Assembly (NCBI GenBank): GCA_029717555.1
Contig: JAMDHS010000076.1
Coordinates: forward strand, 1-64,000
Direction: 5' to 3'
Origin: Peribolospora baueri
Lineage: Eukaryota
Length of the DNA stretch: 64,000 bases
Under the pieces are notes generated by a model. That model was not told the DNA's origin, ran no database searches, and was given only the letters and a program-made list of their open reading frames with translations. Position numbers and translations under genes: made by a program. Each line of letters starts with the position of its first letter. Position 1 is the first letter of the stretch. Positions 51,888 through 64,000 of the stretch are shown here, piece after piece.

Positions 51888-51961
51888 GAGATCAGTCCAA
51901 TGCAATTTGTCGTCCACTAAGAAAACGCGAATCTAGTTTGATTTTTTGGACCATCATCTCC
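51888..51961 (-). ncRNA. snR78: Box C/D snoRNA, snR78-like (LSU Um2421 region)
   Basis: Box C ATGATGG (51957-51951); guide TCAAACTAGA (51941-51932) complementary to LSU UCUAGUUUGA; C'-like GGACGA; box D CTGA (51895-51892); external stem GCGCCGGA/TCCGGCGC. Confidence 0.72.
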
Positions 51962-52945
51962 CGTCCGGCGCAGAGGACATATAAGAGTGGGGGAGGTACG
52001 AACAGAAATGGGAAGGACGAAAGAAGAGCTCACCTCGCGGAAGCGTGCTGGCGACGTTGGGGACGAGCGAGGCGGGGGAGAAAAAAGAATGGAGGGTCTG
52101 CGACGGTGGAGCGGTCGTAAAGAGGAAAAGAAGGGTCAGTCCTGCCTCTCACCGCAGCTCCACGCGCGGGCTAAGTAATCCGACGTCGACGCAGCGGAGG
52201 GGACAACGGACGGGAAGAAGAGCGAACGACGTGAGGAGGGACGACGCTCAGGTGATTCAGATATTATTAAAAAGTTGCGCCCTCATGGTGTGATGATGGT
52301 CAGGCGACGGAAACCTGTTTTCGTCGTCGCGACCGCCTCCTCCTCCGTGTTCCTCTAGCGGGGACGAAGACAGAGAGGAACGGCGAGGAGAAAGAGACTC
52401 ACGAGCTCAGTGGTCAGCGTTGAGGCCAGCGGTCGGACTCGGGGAGACGAAGGGGACGATGGACGATACGAAGGTGGATGAGTGGTGGAGGAAGAAGAGG
52501 GGCGGACGGGCGAAGGAAAATGTCGAGACGCGGCGATAACTCCGAAACGCCGAGCGGCGAAAGCGCGGCTCGACGCGGCCTTAGTCCAACTTGGGCTCGA
52601 CAAGGAAGGGCTGGGCCAGGCTGGGCGGTTCCAGTGTTCAGTTCAGCCGTCCGTCTCTCTGATGGGCGCCGTAAGGGCCAACGAGCAGGATGAGGGAGCC
52701 GTTGGGCATTCATTGGGCGCGAGCGTTCGATGCGTGATCGCACCTTTGTGCCTACCTGCGATCCGCAGACGATGTCATCATGCACAGTTGCCGGCCGATC
52801 TTGCTGGTGAGCTGACGTTGGTGACGACGCATCATCGCCGGCATCCTCTTCGTCCATCGCTCGGATAAGATAAGCCAGGTGTGACCGACCGCTTGCACGC
52901 TTATATCCTTCCATCTCCAGGCAAGCCAAGCGCATCGCTCTCATC

Positions 52946-54316
52946 ATGGCGCTAACCCTCTCTTCCGTCCGCACGGCCAATTCGTCCGCCGCTTCCGCTC
53001 TCTACTCCCTCTCTTCCCCGTCTGCCTCTACCAAGCCCGCCCCCGTCGCAGTCCTTCTCGGTGGAACGTCCGGCATCGGCGCCGGCATCGCCCGCGCCCT
53101 CAACAGGCACACCAACGGCCGTATCCAGCTCTTCCTCTCTGGCCGGAACGAAGACGCGGCCAACGAGGTGATCGCCTCTTTGCCATTTCCCCCTCCGAGC
53201 GCATCCGAGCCCGAGCAGGCGGGGAAAGCCGAGTTCGTCCGATGCGATGCGACGTCCATGACGAACGTCCGGGAGCTGGCCAGGGTGCTCAAGGAGGAGA
53301 AAGGCCTCTCTAGGGTCAATTATCTTGTTCTCACCCCCGGCTTTGTCTCATTGGCCGGCAGCGAAAAGACGGAGGAGGGGCTTGAGAGAAAGGTGAGGCG
53401 CGTGGCCGCCTCGTGACCTCCTCGTGCTTTATCGCCGGAGTACCTGTCCGATGAGACGAGGTCGGTTACAATCAGATAGGGGAGAACACTGAACGCACCC
53501 ATGCTCTCCTTACTCACTCTTTCTTCTTCCCTCAGCTGGCACTGTCTTACTATGCCCGCCTTACCCTCACCCTGTCCCTTCTGCCGCTCCTCCGGCGTGC
53601 CCACGATCTCGGGCACGAGGCTCGCATCCTCACCGTCCTCGCCCCCGGGAGGGGTGGAGGAATGGACTTGGATGACCTCGATCTCGAGAAGGCCGCTAAG
53701 GACTGCGACGGGGTCAGGGGCAGGGCCCGCTGGCTGAGGGCTGCCCAAAATACGACCGTCACTTCCAACGACTGGATGGTCAAGGTGAGCCGGCGGATGC
53801 GGTGACTGGTGAATTTTTGCTCTTCGCCGTGGCAGCGCCAATGTCCATTCTCTCTTTCCCGCCAACGACCCTTTCTTGGGTATCAGACTCTCGCCGACGA
53901 AAACCCCGGCCTGTCCTTCATTCACGCTTATCCAGGTGAGTGTGTATCGCCAAGATCTCATCACGTCGTGCTCCGTCTGCGTTTGGGCATGAGCGAGCGG
54001 ACATTCAATACGTCCTGCGCCATCCCACATGCTTCCTCCGACTGCCGTTCCCCTTGTAGGCGTCGTCAAGACCAACATCACCTCGTCCTTCTCCGCACCG
54101 CTCCGCTTCGTCGCCAACGGCTTATTCACCGCCTTCGGTACCTCCGCCGACAACTGCGGGGAGTACATGGCCCACCTCCTCTTCTCCCCCGAATTCTTCC
54201 AAGGCTTTTGGCACCGTGGTTCGAGGGCTGAGGAGGTGAAAGGGATCGAGCTTGGAACGGAAGAGGAGAGGAAGAAAGTGTTTGAGCACGGCAAGAAGGT
54301 GGCAGGTGTGGAATAG
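52946..54316 (+). CDS. Short-chain dehydrogenase/reductase (NAD(P)-binding)
   Basis: VAVLLGGTSGIGAGIA, SGRN, NYLVLTPG, TEEGLERK|LALSYYAR, SFIHAYPG|VVKTNI. Confidence 0.88.
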
Positions 54317-55294
54317 TCGGCGCAGGCCGGCACGCCAAACATCCCTCGTCCTGATTCCCCCCCCTGTCCCCCACCAATTGATGCGGCTTCCGCACACCCC
54401 TCCATCGCTCTACCGTCATAGCCACCACATGTTTTCTCAGGGAGACGACAAAAGCCCTCCTCCATACATGACAACAAATTTGAAGGAAGGCGGACGCTCG
54501 TCGTGCTTTCCCCCCCCCCCCCCCGGTTTGGATCAAAAAGAGCCAGGATGAGAGAGAGACCGATATGTCGAGGGGACGGAAAGCGATGAAAGAGCGAGTT
54601 CCCTCACGTCAGTCACACAGGGATCGCCGGCTGTCTCGTACGTCGTCATGTCTGTCGCACAGGCCCCTGTTCCCCTGCTGCTCGTCACACAAAACTATCT
54701 TCTTTCAACACGCGTCTAGCCACACCTCCCCAGCGTCCCGCCATCGGCTGATAAGGGTGAAACCAGATCATCTCCCTTTTCTTTCTGGTGACATCTGCTG
54801 CTTAGGACCTCTTTGGATTAACTTAGAAGCGAGGCCTCGTCAACACGGTGCGTGCTTCCGTTACTTCGTTTCCTTCACTAATACTACGGTTCAATGATTT
54901 CGGTCTTATTTGATTTCATATAATTTGCTCGTAAGAGGTTTGGGTGTATATGTTATCTGGGGTAGAGGTGTCAACTAGTCAGGAGATGAACACGTACGCA
55001 AGTAAACGGAAAGAGAGAAAAAGAGAGAGACAAAGAGACAGAGAGACAGAGAACAGGGAAAGAGTGAGAGAGATTGGGTGGAGATCCGCGAGGCGGAGAC
55101 GCGAGCACGGCGAAGGCTGGTCGAATATCGAGCTAGCGTGTGCAGAGGGTATCGTTCGTCCCCCTCGTCTGTCCGTCCGTCGGCCCGTCAAGTCCGTGAA
55201 ATCGCCCCTCCCCATTCCAACCTCCTCTACCGCTCTATCTCGAGACGCGCCTTTCCCTTTCCTTCTCTCATCTCGCCAATCAAGCAGATGCGCG

Positions 55295-58200
55295 TCAAGA
55301 CGGCAAAGGCGTTTGCGCCCTCGAGCTCTGACCGCTCCTCGCCTTCTTCTTATTCTTCTTCTTCGGACTGCCGCCGTGCTGCTGCTGCTGCTGTTCGGGC
55401 GCACCATGAAAGTCAGCCTTCTTAGCTGATCCGAGACCCGAGCCCGGGCCGTCGCTGTTGTTCTTGCTAGCCCGGCTAGGCGGACGAGACTCGCTAGAAG
55501 GAGGCTCTTGCTCTGTAGGGCTATTGGAAGAAAACGAGTCGCCGGCACCGGCGTCCGCGCTCGCCTTTCCGACCGAGCTGAGTCGACGGGAGGACGGTGT
55601 GGCGTGCACGGAGTAAGCTAGCTTCTGTCTCTGCCGCTGCTGTTGCTGCACTTCTTGATGTTGTAGCTGCTGCTGTTCGCAAGGGGACGATCTCTGCTGC
55701 TGGTGACGATTCAGATGCACCCTCCGTCCTTCCTCCTCTTCATCGAACACGCCGACGGTAAAGTCGTCCGCGACGTCGAGGGTATCCATGTTGTCGTCAA
55801 GAGCACCTCCACGAGTGCGCTCGACGTCCCGCGAAGGCGCCCTGGAGCGCGTCTTGCCAGAGGGTACGGGGGGCGTAAGACCGGCGGCCTCGAAGAAGTC
55901 GCCCCAGCCGTCGTCTCCTCCATCGTCGTCCTCGTAATCGCTCACGTTCGTGAATAGCGTGCCGGCCGAGTCCGCCGAGCCAGACTCCTCCTGCCCGCGA
56001 ATCCCCAAGCCGACGGGCGAACCGAACCGTTCTGCGTGCTCAGCGCCCAAGGACGATCCGGGATCAACGTCGGCGTCGATCGCCGCTTCAGCAGGCACAA
56101 AAGGAGGCAGCATCTCCGGGAACACGGCATCTTCATCTTCAAAGTCCACAGTGCTCGGCCGATCGTCATGTAGATCGGCGCCAACCTGCTGCTGCTGCCG
56201 CTGCCGCTGCCGCGCTTCCTCCCGCGCTTTCGCCTGTCCATGTTCGAGGTCACTAGCCACGCTTCTAGACGAGACGGTCAGAGTGCGAGCGGCACGAACG
56301 CGATCGAGCTCTTTCCACGCGCTGCGTACGCCCTGGTTGATTCCGCCAGCGACAGAGCGGATGGGGATTCCGTCCGTCCAACGGGGTGCGCGACCTGGCT
56401 GGCCGTTGGCCCACCAAGGGATCATCGGATTGGGCGAGCGAGAGAGCATGGCCATTTCGGGATCGAGGCCAGAGGCCATGGCCGAAGCGATGGGCTCGTC
56501 AAAGGACGAAGACGAAGGTTCTGAGCCGTCCTTCTCGCCGTCGTGCCCACGCCGACGACCGATGCCGACATGACCAGCATGTTCCGAGTTCGCAAAAGTC
56601 TCCCCTGCTCTGACTTCCACCTCCTTGCGCACGTCCATCCGGTGCAGGCGAGAGTCGACGTTGACGATGGCGAAGAGACCGGCGTGGCTACCTTTGGAAG
56701 CCGTCGACATGCCGGCCGAGTCATACGCGTGGAAGGTGAACTGATGAGAGAGGTAGATGGGCGTGGGAAGCATCTTGCTCGATCGACTGAAGGTTTCGAT
56801 CTCCGCTTTCGACACCCAGCTGCAAGGAATCAAAATGAAACGAAACGGTCAGCCACATAGAAAGCAGCGGAGAAGTGTGGTGCCCCTTCAGGCCACTCAC
56901 TAGGCCGGTCCTGCGCCTTGTGACGAAGGTGACCTTTCCAGCCCTTCCCTCCTCTCCACGGCGGTGAGACGCCTGTTCTCCTGACCGTGCTCGTCGTCCC
57001 GGGCCAGCTCCCAAATGCCAACCATCTTCATCTCCCCCACCAGACCGTCCTCGTCCTCGTCCCTGCGCAAGGTGGCGGCACGCTGACCAGCAGTGGCCGA
57101 CGACGTACCGTGATGCAAAGCTTGCGTGAGGCCGGAACTCGACCTACCCCTACCGCCGCCTTGCAAGTCGGAGACGCGAGGGGACCCGGCGACCGAGTTG
57201 GAAGCGGAGACGGAGCGAGGGGAGGTGCCGAAAGCCGCTGCGCTCAGCGCCGCCGGGGAAAAGTTGGCGGCGGTCGAAGCGGGGGCCGGAGCACGGGCGA
57301 AGGTGAGCCGGTGAAGGCCGAGGGAACGCTGGGAGGGATGGAAGACGAGCAGTTCCTGTCGACCGAGGAGAGCTTTCTCCGCCGCGCCCGGTAGTAGCCT
57401 GTCTTCCTGTACCAACGGGGCCGAAGGCAGCCCGAGACGAGTGCCAGCTGAACGAGCGACGACGGCGGACAGGCGCGACAATGCCTGCAAGCCAGCGTGG
57501 ACGGCGGTGGGCGACGCGGACACGGTGAGACCAGAGTCGTCGGACCCTTGAAGCAGCTGACCTCGCGAGGGAGACAGGAGGAGGAAAGCTGAGGCGGCGG
57601 GCAGCGGGGGAGGCTTGCACGCCATGGCGTCCTTGTCTTCTGAACTGTCTCCCTGCGCAGCATATGCCCTACTCACATCTGCCGCTGGCTTGGTCCTGCC
57701 CACGGCTTTGAGACCAACGCTGAGCCCCATTAGGCGGTTGGTGTTGGCCACCCTGCCATGGAGGTGTCCTTCCACATGCGGGTTGCCGCCGTAGAGATTG
57801 ACGGCGTATAGGTGTACAGTACCCTTGGCAGTACAGACGCCGAGCCATTGGCTGTCTGCGCTCCACTTGACATCGCGTACGATGGCGGGAGTGAGACCGC
57901 GGAACAGCTTGTATCGGTGCCACACTGGGGGAGGCAACGCACCCGTGTCGGTGCCAGCGACAGCGGAAGCGACGTCCGACGCCCCACGGCGATGCCCGTG
58001 AAGCTGAGCTCGACCGCGGTGAGAAGGCGCAAAGGAGCGTCCGGGAGGCCGAAGCTCGAAGATATGGAACGTGTTCCCGAGGGCATCGGCGACGAAGAGC
58101 AACGATCCGGTGGGATTGAAAGAGAGCCGCGCGAGTGGAATGTGCGCGGGACGGAAATGAGCGACCGCCATGGGCGACAAGGACTGGTTGCCGGCCGTGG

Positions 58201-60025
58201 AGACGGGCCCAGCGAAGAGATCAAGGACGACGACCGAGCCCACGCCGTGAGAAGAGGACAGCGACGACGAAACCAAGCCGGTCGAGCCGCCGCGCGCTGT
58301 CGTACCGAAAGAAGGTTTGACAGGAGAGAAAGCGGCGCCGAGGGTGGTGGGCTGAGGAGCCGACTTGCTCAACGTCTTCTTGAGCTCCGGACCGGGTACG
58401 AAGCCGGAGCTGGCCTTGACGCCATCGAGGTAACCGCGACCCCAACCGCTAAGGCTCCTCATCCCGCTCATGAGACCCTCGCCAACCTTCTTTGCCACAT
58501 CGCCCACCTTTGCGTCCGGTTCGAACGCGCCAGTGCTCCAAGCGGCATGAGCCGCCGCGTTCGCCGCCTGAGCGGCGGCGGCGGTGGCCTGACTCGTGGT
58601 GGACTGCAAGAAGGTGCTAGGACTGGCGACGGCTGCAGAGACGGAGGAAGGGGAGGTGAAATAGTCTTTACGGGCTATAATATCGTTGGCGGGGTGACGC
58701 CTGGATCGTGATGACGAGCCTGTGGGAGCGCGAGAGGTACCGTAGGCGAGGAGGCGCGAGTCACCGAGCGCGAAGATGGGCAGCGAGGTGAGAGGGTGTG
58801 GGGCAATGTCCATGAGAGGAGAATAAAGGGGCTCGAGCGTGACCAAGGAAAAGACGTGCAATGTTGGTGGCGCCGACGTCGCCTATAGGCCGCGGAGTGG
58901 GATGGGGTGAGGGATGCGGGACACATAGCGATGCCAGTCAGCCGGGCTCGACAGGATTTTAAAAAAAGCGTTCGCAACGATGGGACTCACAACAATAAAA
59001 ACTCTTTCGTTTGCGTCTATTTCAGCGTTCGTGAAGCCATAGCCGCCGTCGCTCTCCACCGCTCGACCTTTATTCGCTTGTCGTTGCTGGCAAAGAGGGA
59101 TGCGCTTCACCACCTCGTGGTCTTTGAGTGAGTAAATGACTACGCTCGTCGGGGAATCGGCGTCGTGAGGGACAGAGGAGACCAAAGCGATCAGGGGACG
59201 TGAGGATGAATACACGTCCTCCTCGGCAGTATCTTCCGCCTTTGGTCCTCGAAGGTCCTTGTCACAACTAGAAGTCACGTTCACGGAAGGAGGGGCGGGA
59301 AGCACTTTGGCGCCGATGACCCGGCCCACGCTCCCTCTCCTGACGTTAGCCAGCTCAAACATCTCCGCACTTTCTCCGTTCGCCATGGCTCTAACACTTG
59401 GGTTGCCTTCCTTCTCCTCGGCGACGGCGGCGGAGTCAAAGTGCATGAATCCGCCGGGGCTGGAGCTCTCAGGGAACGCGCTGACGCCGCGAGAAAAGAT
59501 TCGAAAGCCGTCGCGATAGCCGAGGAGGAGGACGTCGGTCGGGCGGCCGAGCTCGGCCGAGTGAAGGACATCCCAGTGAGCATACTCGATGAATTCCTCG
59601 TCGTCCGCCTGCTCGGAGCGGAGACGGTGACGAACGTCGGGCGCACGGGACGGACGGGTCCGGTAAGGATCCCAGGCGTGTTCTCGAGAGTCGATGTCAT
59701 CCAGAACCTCGTTCTCTTCAAAGGCATCTTCGCTGGCAACTTGGGCGGCGGAGCCGAGACGAGGTCTGAGAGCCTCGCCGGCCTCGTCGTTGGTGAAAGA
59801 GTCGTACATGAGGTCTTCCTCCTTGGTCGGCAAGGCCCCCGGAGCGAGCCTGGGGTGACGGGGGTCAAAGCCGTGGCCGGTGTCCTCTCCGAGGGGTTCG
59901 GATGTCATCATTGTGTGCGAACGTGAGGATCTAGAGGAACGACCGAGGCCAGCGTCAAGCGAGACGGGACGAGAAGATGACGACGATGACGACGACAGCC
60001 GGGTCGCCGAACGACTCGGTTCCAT
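55295..60025 (-). CDS. BCAS3-like WD40 protein (Atg18/PROPPIN-related)
   Basis: Three large exons. LSFNPTGSLLFVADALG, WHRYKLFRGLTPAIV, WSADSQWLGVCTAKGTVHLY, WVSKAEIETF...IYLSHQFTF. Confidence 0.85.
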
Positions 60026-61162
60026 ACGAGTGGCGGCGACTTTGGGGCTGGAGCGTAGGCGGGTAAATGGATTTATGCGTCATCGAAAGTGGTGAGAGGG
60101 GCAGTAGAAAGCAGAAGAGGGCGATGGCGATGGAGGAGAGAAAGGTGATTGCATTCAGTCAGGCATGCAGTCACGTCGGCCAGTCAGACTGCGACACAGG
60201 ACGAAAAGTGCCGGTTCCGACGCGCGGGTGGGAGTGGATGTAGTAGAGCAGGGGAGCGCGGGAGTTGGGCGGCGAGAGGGAGCGTCCCTTCACACACATG
60301 CGCACACACTCTCTCTTTCTCTCTCTTTCTCTCGCTCTGTCTTTCTCACCTATCATCTAGCACGCCGGGGGAGGGCCGTGATGATGAGTGCGATTGCGTG
60401 CCGTCGTTATCATCATCGTCGTGGTCGTCGTCGTGCGGGCGCCGGGGGTCGAGGGAGTGGACGTGGCGGTGAAGCGTATGGTGCACGCTCCCATTCGTTT
60501 GTCTCTGTCCATGACGCTCGGCGGGGTGCGATCGGGGCATGTACAAACGAGGCCCTGGCGCGGGCGGCGAGGTGTGGGCGGCGGATACGAGTCAGCTGGG
60601 GGAGCCGAGCTCGAGGATGGTGAAGCAAAGGGAGGGGAAGGGGTGAAGAAGGCGGGGAGAGACGAGAGAGTGACAATGGGGGCGACGTTGGGGAGAAAGC
60701 GATGATGACCCTCGGCGAACCTGTCCGCAGGGGAGCCAGCGTACAGCGCCGGGCGATGCGAGGGGTGCGGGGAACGAGTTGGCGACGGCGAAGCGAATCG
60801 GTCGCGAGGCGATGCGATGACCGCTCGCCGGTCTCGAGGAAGAGCGGTGTGAGTGGGCCAGGTAAGGACAGAGCGAGGTGTGGTGCGGAGGTGATGGTGT
60901 TCGAAGGCAAGCGACGGCGAGCTGATGGTCACCGCCGAGGCCGAGGCGTCGCGGAGAGACGGCGGTGACGACGCGGTGCGACACTCGCACTGACTCGTCC
61001 CCACCGCTGGCCAGCGCAAGGGCCAATCACATCACTCAGCGCCCGACAACGATAGCAAGGACACGTGGCGCTCCCGTCGATCACTTGCATCGTCGCTATC
61101 GCACACGCCACCTCGATCGCTGCGAGCGACGGATGAGAAAAAAAGACAGACACAGACACACC

Positions 61163-62275
61163 ATGTCCCACCATCGTCCTTCGCCTGCCAGTGGCGTTGT
61201 CGTCGCCCCAAACGGCACTGGATCCACCGCCACAGCCGCAGCGGAAGCTGCAGCGACAACAACAACAACAACAACGGCCACAGACGATGGCTCCTCTCCC
61301 TTGGTCGTCGAACAGCCCAGTCGGCCAGAGGCCCACACCGCCGCCGCACCCGAATCGAACGGCAATGGCGGCCCGAGAGGACGAGAGAGCGAGGTGCGAG
61401 CGGCGCTCAAGGCGTATGTCGACGCTCAGGGCAGGAGGGAAGCTATCTATGCCGAATACAACGAGTGAGTCCAGCCGAGCCGGCGGCATGCGCCGATCCA
61501 TGCCGTCACTCGGGGAGTCGAACGGCGTCGTCGATGGATTCTCTCACGGGCACCGTTCACAATCTTTTCCTCTTTCTTCCTACTTCCTTCCTATCCTTTT
61601 CTTTTCCCCTTTCTTTTCCTTTCTTTCCCATCCTCTTTCTTTCTCCTCCCTTAAAGCGCCTTCAACGAGCATCTCGGCGCCACTGAAGCGTCCGCACCTC
61701 TGGAGATGCGCGAGATCCTCCGCATCGTCACCGAAGGTCTCCTAGAGTGTTCTCATACTCTCCGCACTGTCCAGACCGAGCTTCGTGCCGCGGCTATTGC
61801 GGGGTCGGAGGCGGAGGCGGAGAGGCTCGCCACGCTGGTTGGCAAGACACAAGATTTGGAGAATCTCAGGCTGAGAGCGGTGTGTTTTGCTCGTGCTATT
61901 TGGCCTGTTTACACCTCGCAGCGGTCTGGCCTTTCCTTGAGAAAGGCTCCTTTTCGCATACCTCAACTCTTCGCGCCTCTTTCTCTTTCTCCAGACCGTC
62001 AAAAGAGACCAGCTCCGCAAGGTGGCTCAACTGGAAGGGCGAGACGAAACGGAAGAGGTGAAGGAACAGGACGACCTGTGAGCCGCTTCTCGTCTTCACT
62101 CCTCGCTCGTCCTTCGTATGTAACGCTCCCGCTCATGTCATTCTTCCATCTCGCCCTCCCGTCTGCCGCACCCCTCAGACGCTCCCGGCTCACCGGAGAG
62201 CTTGGGGAACTGATGGACGAGGTCCGCGCTGAGCTCGCCGAACTCCCGCCCTTTCTGCACTGGGAGACTACCTGA
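61163..62275 (+). CDS. REX1-B (C19orf60-like) domain protein
   Basis: Spliced product LKAYVDAQGRREAIYAEYN|DAFNEHL...IVTEGLLECSHTL...LVGKTQDLENLRLRA|TVKRDQLR...ELMDEVRAEL fits the recalled REX1B helical pattern. Confidence 0.7.
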
Positions 62276-62889
62276 GGCCGATCCCCGAGAAGCTACATGG
62301 TCAGGCCCTATCCATACCCGTTCCAATCGCACTCTACTCGCCCTCCGCGACGCGTGCGAACACGAAACGACCAAGTCCACCCTGAAATGGGTATTGTCAT
62401 ACGCCTATACGTAGAGTGTGCTTGAGTGATACATGTACGATATGGGGCGTGCGGAGAAGCGCGAGATGCCTGGTGCGGCTTGTCTTCACGGAAAGACTCG
62501 AAGACATTGGGGCGGAGCTCTCGGATGCGAATCGAGCTCAAGGCTTCATCTCGCCGCCGTCGTCGTCGTCGGCGGCGGCGCTTCCGGTCATGCTCAGACA
62601 CATAACGGACCGACTCGGGCCAGCCTACACTTTGAACGGGACACCAGGACGGTACAATTCACCATTTCAAGAGTCCCCTTCTTACACCAAAGCGCAGCTC
62701 CTTCGGGGCTTTCCCCCTTAACGCGCCCCATCTATGCGCATAGAACGCGACGGGACGCGCTCCCCGAGCGACTTCCTACCTCCATCTTCGCGACCACCTA
62801 CGTCGGGCACGACGACGAACGAGTCGAACTTTTTGTGATCGTGTGTGGCTGAGCCAATTACCATCTGCGCCGTCCTTCTCCCCTTCGAC

Positions 62890-64000
62890 ATGACTCCCCA
62901 GTCTTCCGGCAGCTCCACTTCTAACGTCCTCCTCGTCCCTTCAGGCGACGCCGCCCTCGCGTCGCACCACCCGGACCCCGTCGCCGTCCTCGAAGCCTCC
63001 CCGGGGACGGAGGGGAGGACGGGTCCAGAAGCCGTGACCACCTTGTCGACCAACTTGAACTCGACCACCTCGTCCACCACCCTCACCTCGCCCATCGACG
63101 CCGTCTCCCGAGCTCGTCAGACGGCGCGGCAGACCTTCAGCGTGGACGACGTGCTGGAGCCAACGAACTTTGGCGAGCAGATCGAAGAGCCTTTCCTGCG
63201 CTTGCGGGAGGAGGCCAAGCTTAAGCTCCAAGGTGAGCTGAGCAGATCTGAGATAAGATGGGACGGGCGCGCGAGGAGCGGATCATGGACGGGATAGTCC
63301 GCGTCGCTTTTCCTTCCGTGGACCCCTTCTGCGGAGCAATATCCCCTTCGCTCCACGCTACCCGCCACTGACGGGCGCGAAATAAAGATCTCTACAAGGA
63401 AGCCGACTCGGTGTGCGAGGAGGTCAAGGCTTGGATGCTCTCCCGCGCGCAGAGCGAGGGCGAGCGCGCCGCCCAGACCGCCTTGGATCGGTACGACAGG
63501 GTCAGAGAGGTGGAGAGGAAGCACAGTGAGAAGCGGATGTTTTCGAGTATCATCTCTCCGCATTTTCTTCCCCATCCCCTTGTCTCTTCCCTTATCTGCC
63601 GCCCTCCGAACGAAACGCTGATACACGAACGTTCCGACTCGTGCCGAGAACAGTCGACCTGCACCGCCACTTTATCGCAACCAGGGGCAACCTCAGGAAA
63701 GTGGTCGAGGACTTTAACGACGGTTCAAAAGCCGAATCGGCGGAGTGACCCAGCCGAGAAGGTGAGGCAGCGCTCACGGCGTCTCGACACGGTCCGGAGA
63801 CGCTTTCGCGAACTTGACAAGGAATCGAGGCCCGTCCAGCGCTTCCGTCGAAGCGCATATACGAGCGTCATACTTTCGCATATCGTTGACTGACCATGGC
63901 AGCTCTGAATTTTCGTCTCCATTGAGCAGATCTTTTCCTTTCCCCGCGGTTCAGGTCACTTCGTACGCGTCCCGTCCGCAACCGTGAGCACCGGCCCTTT
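62890..64000 (+). CDS. Hypothetical spliced protein, probably running off the window
   Basis: ATG at 62890, open frame to a GTGAGC donor near 63233, then further exons (DLYKEADSVCEEVKAWML...). No family recognised. Confidence 0.45.

Larger units (their letters stand above)
50900..52480 (-). ncRNA. Spliced non-coding snoRNA host transcript (snR78-77-73 cluster type)
   Basis: Donors at 52402, 52033, 51728, 51371 and 50988. Acceptors with branch sites at 52098, 51776, 51421 and about 51056. Exons are 47-67 nt with no recognisable protein. Transcript ends are approximate. Confidence 0.8.

Noticed and set aside
52286..52335. Plus-strand GTGATGA with ACGGAAACCT-GTT resembling U13/snR45 pairing to the 18S 3' end
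   Set aside because: The match is gapped, no box D follows, and it is antisense to the host transcript.
57812..58711. Long antisense ORFs (also 29712-30569 and 53320-54477)
   Set aside because: Shadows of GC-rich coding sequence on the opposite strand with no recognisable motifs.
61163..62275. Functional linkage of REX1B with TFB5 (bicistronic in Chlamydomonas)
   Set aside because: The two genes are about 56 kb apart with many genes between them; probably coincidence.
62890..64000. Mating-type homeodomain gene
   Set aside because: It has an Arg-rich stretch but no WFxNxR helix within the window.

Overview
GC-rich, intron-dense eukaryotic DNA from a basidiomycete fungus, probably smut-related (an inference from intron signals and protein families, not a database result). 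There are about 24 spliced protein-coding genes, mostly housekeeping genes in head-to-head pairs: VMA16, TFB5, RPN3, SWP1, uL15/RPL28, RPB11, an M17 aminopeptidase, RSM23/DAP3, ARC40, a DUF6533-like membrane protein, CENP-U/AME1, COP1, DUF1769, MTQ2, DJ-1/PfpI, a METTL21-like methyltransferase, histone H3, separase, an SDR, BCAS3 and REX1B. The main signal the ORF track misses is a layer of intron-encoded guide RNAs. (1) A spliced, apparently non-coding host on the minus strand at about 50.9-52.5 kb carries snR78-like, snR77 and snR73 C/D snoRNAs in successive introns. (2) The RPB11 CDS has no introns, but introns in its apparent leader and 3' UTR carry SNORD56-like, SNORD110-like and snR63/SNORD46-like guides plus an orphan candidate. 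(3) An H/ACA-like RNA in a DUF1769 intron has a pocket that fits a lineage-variable U near the 18S 5' end. Two decayed Myb/SANT-like paralogues are also present. rRNA and snoRNA reference sequences and numbering were recalled from memory and need confirming with Rfam/snoscan. No tRNA, rRNA, CRISPR array or transposon could be supported.
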